This document shows positions 1-13,774 of a stretch of 64,000 bases of DNA, one piece after another. The notes below the pieces were generated by a model that did not search any database, was not told the DNA's origin, and was given only the letters and a program-made list of their open reading frames with translations. The DNA lies in contig JAHLTZ010000058.1 in assembly GCA_025786725.1 (NCBI GenBank), positions 1 to 64,000 of the forward strand. The letters are read 5' to 3'. The translations under genes and the position numbers were made by a program. Source of the DNA: Syncephalis fuscata S228. Its lineage: Eukaryota > Fungi > Zoopagomycota. How positions within the stretch are numbered: the first letter of the stretch is position 1; every line of letters starts with the position of its first letter.

Positions 1-370
1 TCTTAATAATATAAGTAACGACAAATAAAAAGAATATATATATTTATGTCTAGACACATATTATTACACTTGTATAGTACAACACAATAATTGTTACATA
101 ATTATACATTGGAGATATAGTTGTTATTGGTATATTGGCTGTATTATCACGACTGTCTCAATAATCATCTTGTACTAAGAATAATAAGAATAAGAATAAT
201 AAGAATAATAAAAGTAGTTCAGAACGGAGCATTTTAGAAAGAAAAGATGAATGAGAGAGAAAGAAAGGCATGAAAGTGAAGAGAAGTGAGGTGTAGTATA
301 TATATATACGCCTAAACAGTACAAATATGGTAATTCAAAAATAGAGCAAAAATGCGTATACTAATACGAA

Positions 371-3300
371 CTAGTTAGCCGTGGTAATATTCCGGCTGTT
401 TTCATCAATAAAGTGCCAGGCCAATGCCTCGTAACATAATAAAAACTGACCAAATGTCTGCACCATATCAATACGTTGGGTACGAAATAGCGACACCAAT
501 TGCTGGACCATATCTTGATTTCCTTGCAATGAAGGCGATGATGATTTGGCGCCATTGGTCGCCAATAGTAATTGAGATTGTCGTTTTTCCTCGGCTAGTA
601 GTGTATCAAGTACGCAAAATACACCGGATCTTCCACATCCCGCGCTACAATGAACGACTAAAGGCGGCGTGGTGGCCGATTGACCGGTTTGTTTTAGTGC
701 CGGTGAAGGATGACGAAATTGCATGACGTATTGTCGGAGACGGATGACCGAACTAGGATCTTCGGGTACACCGTGGTCTGGCCAGCCTTTATAGTGTATT
801 TGGTGGATATAGCGTGCCTCACCAGTACTTGGTCGTTTTAGTAAAATGCGTCGATGAATACCTGGCAAGTTGTCTGGTAAAGCTATTTCTTCCACTAGCT
901 GGACAGTCAACGTGCCATAGGAAACAATTTCGCCTACATTGGATGGCCAATACGTATGACATTTTAGCTAAATAAATATATTAATCAATTGATAAACAAT
1001 ATAATATTGGTTAGAAATAATTATATAATGTTAATGACTGCACATCTACTTACCCGACCATGTTCTATCTCTTGGGTCAACATCACAATAGCTTGTGTTT
1101 GCTGTGCCCAACACATCCACCAAAATGCGGCAAATGTAACAGGCAATGGTCCTTGACATACAATGTATTCCGGTGCCTCTGGAATGTGTAGTGCAGCCGA
1201 TACATGGCTTGCATTGATGTAGTCGGAATCAATATCGTTATCGCCGCTTTCGGCAGTTGTTAAACAGACACGGTTACGATCATAAGGCCATATGTTGCAG
1301 TAGCGATTAGAGCCAGGATGTTGTAGACCAGCTTGTATGCTATACTGATCAGCTGGACACGTAGCAGTTGTAGCTGGTAGATTTCTTGAATGACGGATTA
1401 ATAAACGACGTAGACGATCTTGTTCTTCGGTCTCAATAGTTTCAAATTGAGTTGCTAGCCGTTTAACTTCAATCGCTGCATGTTGTAGCCAAGCAGGTAA
1501 TGCTGCCAGTTTAACCTTTGCTTCCTCGCGTGCTATATGTGAACTATAATTAGGCGGTAAACGGAAGGTGGGTGATTCATCAGGACAAGTGCGATAATAG
1601 GTACGTCCCTGGCAAACACTGTCCATTAACGAGCTAAAGAACGGCGTATTCTCTAGCATGGGTGTTGGACAGGTGAGTGGGCCGGAGGAGGCAAGGGCGG
1701 CAGCGGCCTGCTGTGCGTTGCGCTGTGTTGCGCTTGGCAACTCGCACGGCGTTACATCCTCCGCTGCATCTTCGATCCAATCGGGATATTTAGCTGCTAC
1801 ATTGTCGAATCCGCCTAGCGATAGAGTTGCGTCAATTAATGTAAACATACCTATTAATAAATTGCTTACCTTTTAACCAGCCAATAGTGGCAGTATGTTC
1901 ATGAGCTGGTGAATGTGGCTCTGTTTGTTCACGTTGGAATTTACGACATAGTGAAGCAACAGGTCCTTGTTCTGTCAGCGTAGTGGCACTTGCGTCATAA
2001 ACAACGACATATTGATACTGACGCCAGGCAAGTAAACGACTACGATCCTCTTCACTGGCTAGTAAATCGCCTACACGATCTACATTAAACGAAGCACGCT
2101 TTAGCAGTGTAGATGAAATGCATACAGGCACAGCATTTCGTAGGCGGCCACGTGCACGCTGCTGTGGCATCGGACGTACATCTAACAATAGCACAGAACA
2201 ATCGACAGAAGCTAATGACGACAATAGTTTCACTAGTTCATCACATTCAAACGATTCACATGGCTGCGGTGTTGCGGCAGAAATTGAAGAAGACTTGTTA
2301 TGGCCGGCCATTGCTGCTGCCATGTTAGGTCGCGATGCCAACGATTGCGAACGATTGATGCCTGTTAGGTTGGGCATTGATTTAGGCGGTACCATAGCCA
2401 AACGAGCGGGCAATTGCATGCCACGAGGCGAAGCAGCAGCAATCGCAGCGGCAAATGCGGCACGCGCGCTATCATGTGCATTTATAGTGGCCGTTGGATC
2501 TGGCATGGATATATGCGGCGTTTGAACTGGTGCAATTGCGGGTGTAGAAGCAAAAAATGGTGAAACAAGACTAGCCGATGGAGTAGTAAGCATATTAGGC
2601 GAAGAGGGAAGAGGCTGGTCGGTATTAAAGTAGGAATCCGTGCTCTGCCTATGGTTGTTGGTATCTGCGCCATTGAACGGAGTACAGGGAGAGAACAGAG
2701 ATCTGTTACCATCCGGATAGTCTGAGGATAAGGGCAAATGAAAACGGTCTGTGTGTAGCCGTTGATTCAATTGGGTAATCTTGTTGTTATTGTTGTTGTT
2801 GTCGGCGGTGTTACTGCTGTGGCTATTGCCATTTGATGCTGAGACCATGGAAGGATGTGGAAAAGAAGAGGCCTGAAATGTTAATGGCGTCATAGTTGTA
2901 CATGCGGATTCGCTATTGTCTGTGTTACTGCTGATACCGTTATTGTTGTTATTGTTGTTATTGTGGTGATGGTGATTATCGTCATTCATGAACTCCAGAT
3001 CCTGCGGTCCACTGGCTGGCCTCGACTCGAAAAAGGGAGAATCCACTTGCATGAAATTGGAAGATGCAGAAAAGTCACCAGAAAATTGTTCTAAATGCAG
3101 CTGATTTGCTGTAGTGTTACTAATGGTACCGTTTACACCACTAGTAGCCAAGGCCGTAGATTGGTCGATGGCGAGTGATCGAGCGCTGGTGGAACTGGTA
3201 GACTGTAAATGGTGTTGGTATTGGTGGCCTGACAAGGATGTAGACAATAAGGTTGGCATAAAAGATGCACTTTGGCGTTCACTGCTATAATCAGTGCTAC

Positions 3301-3900
3301 TGCAGTTAATATCGCTATTGTTGTTACTATTCGGTAATGCACTATTGCTCATACTATTGTGGCCCTGAGCCACTTCAGAATGACGGCAGTATCAGCGGCA
3401 GTGGCGCCAATCCAAGCCTGCGCTACTGACGTCACAGAACGAAGATTAGCAAACGAAGCTCGTCGACGTAGTGGCAAAGCAGGCGATTCGGTGCAATGCA
3501 GAGATTGTAAGCTGTAATGACCCTTATTACCTTTAGTGCTATTAACAGGCAAATGGCCTACAGGCGGCGTATTGGGACGAGAGCGAGTTTCACGGCCCAA
3601 ATAAGCTAATAAGTAATGCTGGTCTGAAGTTGTCGAACGGAAACAGCGCGGAGATGATCGCCGTCCAATGCGTAATGAGTTCAAGCGAGGCGACTGTGCA
3701 GGTGGCGTGTCAGTGCAAGAATAAATAGCGCCGCTGTCACTACCAAGATTACTAATAGGAATCGTTGCGGTATTTATGCTGTTACTGCTACCGCTATCGC
3801 TAGCGTTGCTGACGTGTTTTTGAACAATATCCGCGCCAAAGCTACTGCTGCTACTGTTGTTGGTGCTAGTGCTACTGGCCGCACCTTCTCCAAGACCCAT
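371..3900 (-). CDS. Protein tyrosine phosphatase with rhodanese/Cdc25-homology domain (Ptp2/Ptp3/Pyp1-like)
   Basis: PTP motifs NRYCNIWPYD, YINASHV, YIVCQGP, WPDHGVP, VHCSAGCGRSG and MVQTFGQF; rhodanese-like LLLDVRP...LRNAVPVCISSTLLKR. Introns 1815-1869 and 968-1053 (GT-AG on minus strand). The N-terminal ORF 3900-3349 joins only via an apparent 1-nt deletion near 3380; otherwise the start is ATG 3352. Confidence 0.9.
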
Positions 3901-6407
3901 TCAACGAATCAAAAGATCAGAAAGCTTGATGATTAAAACGCGAGTATCTGTACACACGTTTGAATCAACACGCATACAGGCTATGTGGAACACAAAGTAC
4001 TACAACGTATGGATACAGGTCATCAATACAGAAAAATAAATTCAATAGACAATGATAGGCGTATACACTATACATATACGCACACGAAATCAGTAAGGAG
4101 AAATGTGGATGTTTCAAGGCGTTCTGTCTAGACCGATAGACCGAACAAAAGGTAAAGAATGAAAGAGTAAAAGAGTGAATGAGTGAGTGAGTGAGTGAGT
4201 GAGTGCGAGATAGGAAGAGAGAAAAGGGGGCGATAGCCGTTGTAACAATCAATAAATGGTAGTAATAGCAATAGAGGTAATAGGAGGTAATAACAGTGAC
4301 CGCTATAGTAACTGTAGTGTTGACAATAGAAGTAAGTAGTAGTAGTAAGTAGTAAGTAGCTGTAGTAAGTAGTTAGTTAGTAGTTAAATGTAAAAAAGTA
4401 AGAAAAGAAAGAATAGCGCTATCGATGCCACATAACTCACACCGTCGTCATCTTGATGGAAATAGGCCAGATGGCAATGAAAAAAGTTGGTCTCCACACT
4501 TATTCGCACTCATACTTGGTCGATTAATTTGTTTATTAATTAGTCAATGACACACCTCGTATTACAAATAGCAATTATACAAATACAAGTGATAGCTATT
4601 CGTTTGTCGCCCACTTATTCCTTGGTGTTTATGTGTGTGTATGTATGAATGTGTACAAGTAACATGTTTTCACATCATTAGCAAGTCATGTAGAGAATGC
4701 ATACGAGACAAATGACGATAGTCCATGTCTAATGACGATAGTGGATTCACACGGCTTTCTTTGTAGCAACGTGTGGACGAGTAGAGGCGTGTCGATCAAA
4801 CGTGTACCGTTTTATTATCAAAATTCATTTGTATTTGTAATGTTTATAGGAAGATATAAAAACAACAATGAAGAGCATGGCGAAGAATGTGGCACCAATA
4901 AGATACGAATATGAAGGATAAACGACCAAGGTGTGTTCAATGTGTCACCCTTCCAATGAAACAACAGCCACTGCGTTATTAGCAACGATACTCTTTACAA
5001 ATGTGCTAAACTGCATGTACAAGTCATAGCAGCAGCAGCAAGTCCATCTCATTCTTACTCTCTCTCTTTCTATATGTGCATATGAATAACGATGAATATC
5101 GTCCATGCAATGCGCACTACTCATTGCCACGCGATTGACTAACCATGCCGAAAAATGACGTAATTTAGCCGTCATGATGATTACCACAATAGGCCTACCA
5201 GTATTTCAAAAATAGTTGTATCGATGTCATGTACAAACATAGCAGTAAACTATTTGATATAAAGCTAATCTACCGTCTATTTTTACCTCAAAACACATGA
5301 TGTGCTTCATCAGTGTTTGATTTTCTGTTCCAAAAACAGCTATGAGGGAATAATTTGCAACATCGTATTATGCCATTTACTCGCTTGCACATGCCACTCC
5401 TACCAACTATAGATAGCTAAACATGCTGGCGATCATACCATTTACAACTATAGAATTATAGCTCGTGCTAATGCCGTTGCTAGCCTGTCTAGCTTTGAAA
5501 CAACTAGTGTGGTTAATAATAGCAAATTGGTCGAACCAACTGCTTATTATAAGATGTTTGCCTAGACAATGGCCTTAAAATAAGTTTAAAATAAATATTC
5601 ACTGTACCAAAAAAAGATTCTACATTTAAAAAAAATAATAGACAATGTTATTGGTAGCGTGAATGGACTAACGTAGCACGGATTAGTCTGTCTGTTTCAG
5701 GTATTCTTCAGTTCTTTGTTTTAGCATAGGCCAGGACTGTCTTTCTTATTGGAACAACCAAGCAATAGTGATACTGTACTGCTTAGCAAGAGTATCAGCC
5801 GTTGTTTCTCACATCTCATTATCCGTATTCATGTTTGTAGCTTGCAACTCCGCACTCTCCCTTCCCTTTCCTTCCTTTGCCTGTCTATCTACTTGTCTTC
5901 AAAGAAACGGGCTGCCACATCCTTTGGCAGCCTAATGCAAAACGCTCCGATCTTTAAAAACCGCACAGATTACAGACGGCTATCGTTTTAGTTTCAGTAT
6001 CAGATTTTGATCTATTGTCCACAGCACATACTCACCCACTCATTCACTTGCTCAAATTACCTATATCATTTATATCGCATCTTGCTCACACACTCATCCG
6101 ATCATTTGCTTTCTTCAAATTTCTTTGCAGATCGTATCTGTTATTTACATCTGCAATTAGCCATCGCGTATCTTTTTTGTTTCTATCATCGTTCTTTTGC
6201 TGTATTCAACGCCATTTCTATCTAGTAACGTGTAGTGTTATTGTATTTACACCATCTACTTTTAACTGTGCACTCAAATGCCTGTAGCCGCTCGTTTTTT
6301 TTCACAAAAAATGCATATAACCCATCCAACGCAAACAATCGACCAAGACACGCTTTTCTTTACGCTCCCGAGGAATACACTCGAATGGAACGACGGAACA
6401 GTCAGTA

Positions 6408-7217
6408 ATGGATTGTATACCAACTTTAACAGCGCAAAAAGAGTTTCCTGCCTATCTTCATCGTTTAAAGATACCCATCATCAATAAGGATTTGAATAAA
6501 ACACCACGATCAGCCATTGATAGGTAAGCATTATTTTATTAGTATTAAAATGCTTTTCGTCCATTTTTAAACAATCGTAACTAATCCACTATCTTTTTCT
6601 AGGTGGGAAAATCAACAATTGCCCAGTGCGAATGCCAATGAGGACATTCATGAAATGGGCCATCAGCGGAGTTTTGCTCCACGACGACGACTTTACCGGT
6701 CAAAGTCAATGCCAAATCTTGCCGAACCAACGGCTTTTCCCTCATCGTATAACGATGCTACGCCTGCTTCATTTTCAATGACAAAACCTCGTTGAATGAT
6801 CGACAGACGGCGGACCAGTATGAACAAATAAGTACTAATGGCCTAGATCCACGTATTGTACTATCTCCTGTGCCACCACGTCGTTGTTCATTGGCCATGC
6901 ATCCAGGTCATTTAGCGAATCGTGGTCGAAGGCAATCATCGCCCGCCACCACCACAATAAAGCGACCAAATCCTGGACGTTTCCTAGTAACGTCAAACAT
7001 GGATCTACTTGTTGAGTTTGGCCAAACAACAATAGCAACCATGCCAATGGTGTCGGACAATGCCGCCATTGGTGTGCCGTGCGATTTGCCATTCAATAGC
7101 GAACCGGCTTTGGTTGAGCCAGAACACTACTCCTACATGTCAATGCGCAAGCCATCAATGCTCTCTCGTCTATTTGCTGAAAAAGAATCCAGAATTGATT
7201 GGCAACAGTCATACTAA
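6408..7217 (+). CDS. Hypothetical protein (2 exons, apparent frameshift near 6775)
   Basis: ATG 6408 (MDCIPTLTAQKEF...); intron 6524-6602 (gtaagc...ctaat...ttctag) keeps frame (AIDR/WENQQ...RSKSMPNL). A -1 shift near 6775 links it to ORF 6792-7217. No recognisable domain. Confidence 0.55.
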
Positions 7218-7696
7218 ACAAAAATACGCATTGTTCACGTTTAATTATCTTTATTGTACCTTCATTTGCCATAACAAAAAATTCCAATTATCCATCCTAG
7301 CCATTATCATTTATATTCTTTTGTATTCTGGTTTTCTTGCTAATTAAAGATGAACATTAAATTATCATACACTTACGTTATCCACCATATAATATACGCC
7401 ATATTCATTTTTAAAACCATGCCATAAGAAATAACAACATAGGACTGGTAAATGGCGTGCAGCCTTCTATTTTTGTAACATCTATGGTTCACTCACAGCA
7501 GCATGGTTTCGTCTTTGCTACATAATGCATCCACGGTGTAAGACTGCGACATTCGCGCACTCATTCCTTGAATTGCACTGTATGACCTTACACGCTTTCG
7601 TCTTCTACCACCATTACTCAACTCGAACAACACCATTAACTGTAGCAATTACAGGCGTAGTAATTTGTAGCTATTCTACCTATTATCTACAACGTG

Positions 7697-8819
7697 ATGT
7701 CTACTAAAATGCCTCGATCGTCAACAGCGGTTATTCATGCAACGCAACCAGCGCCTAATTATGCCGCGTTACTTGAAGATACGCCTGTTCACCAATTATT
7801 ACTAGAAAAGAAAAACGCCATTCCGCTGGTGGCGGTACCTGCTACAACAAGTATCGAGGACGTATTTGACTGCTTACTTGGGCAGGACGTTACATCAGTC
7901 CCTATCTACACTACACAAGATAATAGCACCAATATTAGTTATATTGGATTTATAAGTGCCTATGATTTACTCGTCTATCTTTCAGATGATGTAAGTAGCT
8001 CTGCACCTACTAGATGGGCTAACTCACGCTCACACTCACACATTACTATAGCTTGATCTCGGCGAGGAAGCTGTCGACTGGATTGGCAATGCGCCTAATG
8101 ATACGACAGCCAGTCGGCTGACCAGTGCTTTGCAGCAACCGGTGCTATCTGTCGTGAACCGGCTTGGTCTAGGCGCCAAAGTACTGACCATTTCACCAAG
8201 TGACTCGGTACAAACACTGCTAAAGCTACTTACTCAGCACGGCCAGCATCATGCTATTGTACAGCTGGATACAGATGCCAATCAGAAACATACAGCAAGC
8301 TATCCATTGCCGTGTGTTATTACTCAAACGGATCTAGGTCGGTTTTTAGCACAAAATTTCCATCAGCTTGGTAATGTGTTGGATCTTTCGGTAAAGCAGG
8401 CTGCTGAACGTCGACCTATTCCCCATTTACCGGTCACTGTACAGGTCAATACGACAGCTGGTGCTGTTTTCCGTCGACTCAGTGATCTATTAGCGAGTAA
8501 TCGTGCACCTAACGAAGGCGGAGGTGCCATTGCTGTCGTTGATGATCTGGGCGGTGTAGTGGCAGAATGCTCGGCCGCTGAGTTACGGGGCCTTAATCCA
8601 AATCGTATCAGCGAGCTTCGTCGACCAATTCTAGTTTACTTAAGGGAGCGTGCTGGTGGAATGCTGCCTCGACCATTTATTTGCTGGCCCAATTTCACGT
8701 TGACTCAATGTCTTGCAGGCATGGTACGTCTTGGTGTACGGCGTGCCTGGCTAGTTAATGATTCGGGTGTTTTAAAACGCGTAGTAACACTGTCCGATAT
8801 CCTACGTCTATTTGTCTAA
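7697..8819 (+). CDS. CBS-domain protein (Sds23/AMPK-gamma-like)
   Basis: CBS-type segments LVAVPATTSIEDVFDCL..VTSVPIY..YIGFISAYDLL, CVITQTDLGRFL and VRRAWLVN..VVTLSDILRLF; intron 7991-8051. Confidence 0.8.
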
Positions 8820-9135
8820 TAGCATACCCGAACAAAGTACATATGAATTATCGGTTGTATTTGGTGACTATAAGCCAATAAATAGCTATACTGTTTGTAA
8901 ACTTGTTAATCATGAGCACAGTATAATGTTATATTTATTTTGATATCATAAGTATTATTTTCTATTTAATAAATATATATATATAAATAAACTGGATAGT
9001 TGAAGTATTCATTTATTAATAGATGTGCCTTTATAGTTTTTAAACATAAATATGTGCACATAACGTATACATACATGCATATATATAATGAAGAGAATAC
9101 CACTGAACAATACCAATAATGTTATAGCAACCAAC

Positions 9136-9449
9136 GAATCATTAGGATTTGAATTTGAATTTGAATTTATTAGCTTAAGTGAGACAACGGTCCGTAGGAC
9201 CTAACCGCGCATTTGCAGCATTTGTCTGCCACCCCTAGGAGAATAGACGGTTCATTTCGAACCTATCCGCGCGCAACGCAGAACCTGCCATCTACAACTG
9301 AAACCGTTGGTGGCTCTCCTCACGTGTTGGAATATCGACCATTTCTTCTACGGAAGGATCCCATCACGCATTTCCTGAAAACAAGATTCGAACTAGGCGA
9401 ACCAACATTTTCCTACTTTAGGGAAGACGCGTTGGAATCATTAGGATTT
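9136..9449 (-). mobile_element. Short non-LTR retroposon-like insertion (SINE or 5'-truncated LINE) with 15-bp target-site duplication
   Basis: GAATCATTAGGATTT at 9136-9150 and 9435-9449 flank a 284-bp GC-richer segment. Its minus-strand 3' end reads AATAAATTC-AAATTC-AAATTC, preceded by the hairpin GGTCC-TAC-GGACC (9189-9201). Confidence 0.75.
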
Positions 9450-9630
9450 ATTTTAGATTGTTGTGCCACGCATCTCACATCCAATGACGAATAGGCCTTT
9501 TTGTTATACCGGCTCTTTAAATAGCAGTGTTGCGTATTAAATGGCTTGTATCATTGGAATTCTTTCATATTTGTAGTGTTGCAATATTTTACTACTGTAG
9601 TCATTCCATTAGTATATCTTAACCAGTACT

Positions 9631-10884
9631 ATGACACTTTCTACTGTCGCTCAAGGTGTTTGCCAAGTAGCTGCCAGTCGCGGCCCACGGCCGTTGAATA
9701 TATCATATGAAGTATATGGTACTGGAACACAACGGGTTATCCTTATCATGGGTATGACATTAATAGTAACATTTATGACAATCAAAGCAGCAAGCAACAT
9801 TCATTAATAAAAAATAATAGGTATTGGACGTGTTGGTAAAGCATGGCTACCGCAAGTACAATTTCTAGCACAGCACGATTTCCAAGCATGTATATTTGAT
9901 AATCGTGGTGTAGGCAACTCTGGTAAGTGGACTATATAAATAGTCAAATCAAGATGGCTGATTTCTTTTAAATTATTAGATGTTCCTGATGAATTTTATA
10001 CGCAAGTAAAACGTAGATATTAAAACGCACGTATTAATTGGCTTTTTATTTATAATATAGCATCAATAACATGGCAATGGACACCATAGAGTTGCTCAAT
10101 CATTTAGGATGGACGTCTGATGTACATCTTATTGGAACCAGTATGGGTGGTCTTATTGCACAAATACTAGCCAGCGAGTATCCACAGTATTTTAAGTCTG
10201 TGTGCCTAACAAGCACTTTTATTGGCATCGATGGTCCAGAAGTACGTTAAAATTTTCATGAAATGATAATGAATTGATACTTTGTTGTATCGTGCTAATT
10301 CAAAATATCTAGAACTCAAGTTTAAATGAGCGTTTAAAAGTAGGAGCACAGCTAGATCCACTAACACGCGCTAAACAATTTCAAGACTATGTTTTTCCTG
10401 CTGTAAATTGTCAATTGCAATACAAGATAATTGATCAATACTAATTGAATTTAGGAATGGTCTGATTCTCCCTCAGCAGCGGATCCTACCAAAACCAATC
10501 GAGAATTTCTACTAGAGGTACTTAATATACAATAATGCTTATTAGCTGTAATATTAATAGGTAATATCTGCTTAGCTGGCGCGTTCAATTGATCCCAATG
10601 ACTATGATAAAATAGGCAAAGGTTATCAGGGACAATATAATGCTATTGCTACTCCCTACATGACTGAAGAAAAGTTGATCAGGATTCGAGACAGCAATTT
10701 AAAAGTGCTTGTTTGCACTGGAGATATAGATAATCTAGTACCACCAGCCAATTCTGAACATATTGCCAAAATTCTACTGGCACCGCTGAAGATATTTAAG
10801 GGCTGTGGCCATCGCAGCCACGCACAGGAGGCAGACCAATATAACGATGTCCTTTTGGAGTTTATTTGCAATTCATCTGTTTGA
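9631..10884 (+). CDS. Alpha/beta-fold hydrolase (multi-exon)
   Basis: Spliced exons give YEVYGTG..VILIMG, IFDNRGVGNS, nucleophile motif HLIGTSMGGLIAQ, acid motif CTGDIDNLVP and catalytic His GCGH. Includes a GC-AG intron at 10002-10060. Confidence 0.85.
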
Positions 10885-11877
10885 AATTTACTCGTTATTA
10901 AAATTAGTATAATCCCATTAATTAATATTCTAAAAACACAAATACAAAGCAATAGCATAGGTCCATTATTGTTGTATGTTTCTCACACGTAGAGTAGGTA
11001 GCATATAATAAAATTATTGATAAAAACACAATAGCGAGTAAATAGTAATACTACTATTTTTTATAAAATTAATAAATTTATTCAGCATTATATAACTATA
11101 CTGATTGTAATAAAAAAATAATTAGGTTTTTATGCTAAACATGTTTTGGCTAATTAGTATTGCTGTGCCACTCACATTAACGTCGAAATCTATAAGGGCT
11201 ATACAACAATTTACAAAGTCATTAATATGTTGATATATTTGTAATCAAACTAATATACGACTAAGCTCTTATTAACAAATATTATATTCAAATAATATTT
11301 AAAGTGCCATCCACTCACTGTCAACGCTCTTTATTTACTGCATATAGTATTAATATGCTATTTTTTAATCCGATTTTGCGCTGAAACAGGCCAGTTCTTG
11401 GCTTATTTACAAAGCTATTTGTTGAATACCAATACCAATAGGTTTTTGATTATGTTGTCATGAGCAAATTCATAAAGGTGCGATAATGGTATGTAAAGTT
11501 ATGCACACATTTTCAGAACAAAGAAACAACTCAAACTGCATGCATAATTGGTACTATCATGATGTTGAACATTTCCATGCAAGTCCATAAGCGCAATAAT
11601 AATGTCGCTAGATTTATTATGTCGTTTTAATGTTGCTTACAATAATAAATTTGAAATTCTGAATGCTGTAAAGCAATAGTTTTATTAAACATACGAGAAA
11701 TAAAATTACTAGCTATTAGTTTACTGATATTTGATGCACATTAATGTAAAAAGCCTGTGTTATAAAACTAGTTATATTTACATATAAATTTTCATAAAGC
11801 TATATGGCTATCTACTATATAATAATACAATATCCATTGATAATATAGCCTTATTACTTTCTATCTTGGCTTTCAAC

Positions 11878-13774
11878 ATGTTATTTTTAAAATACCAACA
11901 ACTGATCTTATTGCTATTTACTTGTATATCGATACAAACCGATTACGTTTGTGCAAAACTCATATTTTACAATAATACCAGCCAATCAGTACCTTATAAT
12001 TTAACTGGTATATACCTTTATCCAAGATCTTATCAGCAGCATTATGAGGGCGTTGCACTTTTATGGAATCTTTCTGAGCATACAGAATCAACTACTTCAT
12101 GCTTTCTCCCGTCAGTTAATGCTTTCGACCCAGAAATCCGAAATATTGCTGATAATGCATATAAATATCGAGATTTTGCAATTATAATAAATTATAAATA
12201 TTTTATAAAGGATTACTGCAACAATAAAGAGCAAGTAGGTGTTTTATTATTATATATTCATGTGCATGTATTCTAATTATATTTCAGATTAGTCAGGCGA
12301 TAGATGAATTAATTCGGCAATTATCATGGGCAGGATTTCCTCCAATTAAGCTGCTTATTTTATCCAAGTATTGGGCACCAAATTTTTATTCAGGTTACGA
12401 TTATGTAATGGAATTTCATGAAGATATTATAAATGGAGTTACAGGATTAGACTCAATAACTATATCAACAACGCGGATATATGTTGCCCTAGAAGACATG
12501 ACAAAGCCTAATGCTTACACAGTCCTTCGTTATACTGCCCAATTAGGTAAATTAGTTAAAATATCTGCTATATCAATGCTGAACTGTTAATAGAACCCGA
12601 AGAATGGAATGCAGTGTTGTTTTCAAAAACATATATTGCTTACAAATGGATATACTTTACTTTGGTAAGTAATAGAATTAACCATATATATAGTATCTAT
12701 TGTATTGTTATAGGTGTTAATTGCTCTGTTATGTACGTGTGCTCGTATTATAGGATTGGCAATATTTAAGCTGCTAAAGTGGAATTTACTTTTAGTTGCA
12801 TTTGCCATCAGTATTGTATACTGTATTTGTAAGTAAATTTAGTTCAGCTTAAATGTATAACTTATGATTATATCTAGTTTTCTTAATACACCTAGCTGTC
12901 CTACAAAAAGCATACCAACCATCAACTGTTTTATATGTTTATGTTTTCTTAGCAGGAATACCTTTTGATATAATAATTTTGCATTGGTATGTGCTTGCTG
13001 TACTATATTAATATAATGTCTAATAACTAGTTCCCAGGTCAATTATTGGCAAACGTTTGTTTTCAGTAATGATGATGATACCTTTTTGGCTTATTATCAT
13101 CATTGATGCTATAGTAACCATTCTAAGGGCTTTTAGCATAATACATGTCATTAATTTAGGAATCAAAAGTATTTATTTCTTACCAGATGAAGATTCTACT
13201 ATTGAATCTATGCGACGTATTCTGTCATGGATTGCTACTGCAGTCTTTGGTGGATTTTGTAAGCCAATATATACATTGATGTATCCAATCTAACTTAATT
13301 TTATTCAATAGTACTATGGTTTGGATTTATTTCCTACAGGCTTAGAAAGCATTCCGATGGTCGTCGTAAATTCATACAGGTGGGTTATTTAATAAAGTCG
13401 GTGCGCTAGGTTATAGTAATTATATATTGCATTAGATGGCATGCCTTACTGTAATAGCTCTTTCCACATATCTAGTATTTCCGTTTCGTTACGCCTTTTA
13501 TCGCGCAGATTCGATGAACCTAAGTCCCACTGAAGCATATGAAATAGATTTTATGTTTGATACAGCCTATATGGTCCGCGCACTTGTATTCTTATCAATT
13601 CTTGGTATACAATGGCCATATCCACCAAAATTAACTGAATCAGAGATACGGGAGCCACTTGGTGGAATGACAACTATTGAACGCAACACAAATGTAGGAG
13701 CAACCTCAACATACTGGCAATTGACTCGTGATTTTACAAAGAAGCATTTAAACTTTGAACATCGGCGCGAATAA
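11878..13774 (+). CDS. Signal peptide + extracellular domain + ~7-TM receptor-like protein, paralog 1
   Basis: Hydrophobic N-terminus MLFLKYQQLILLLFTCISIQ; EPEEWNAVLFS motif followed by about seven hydrophobic segments over several exons; ends LGIQWPYPPKLTE. Exon/intron layout matches 15180-17041. Confidence 0.7.

Noticed and set aside
3349-3900. Separate upstream ORF whose TGA overlaps ATG 3352 (ATGA), suggesting termination-reinitiation
   Set aside because: More simply the PTP N-terminus displaced by one of the recurrent 1-nt deletions; cannot be excluded without reads.
9213-9494. 93-aa ORF
   Set aside because: Runs antisense through the retroposon-like insertion and across its TSD; TTG start and no recognisable domain.
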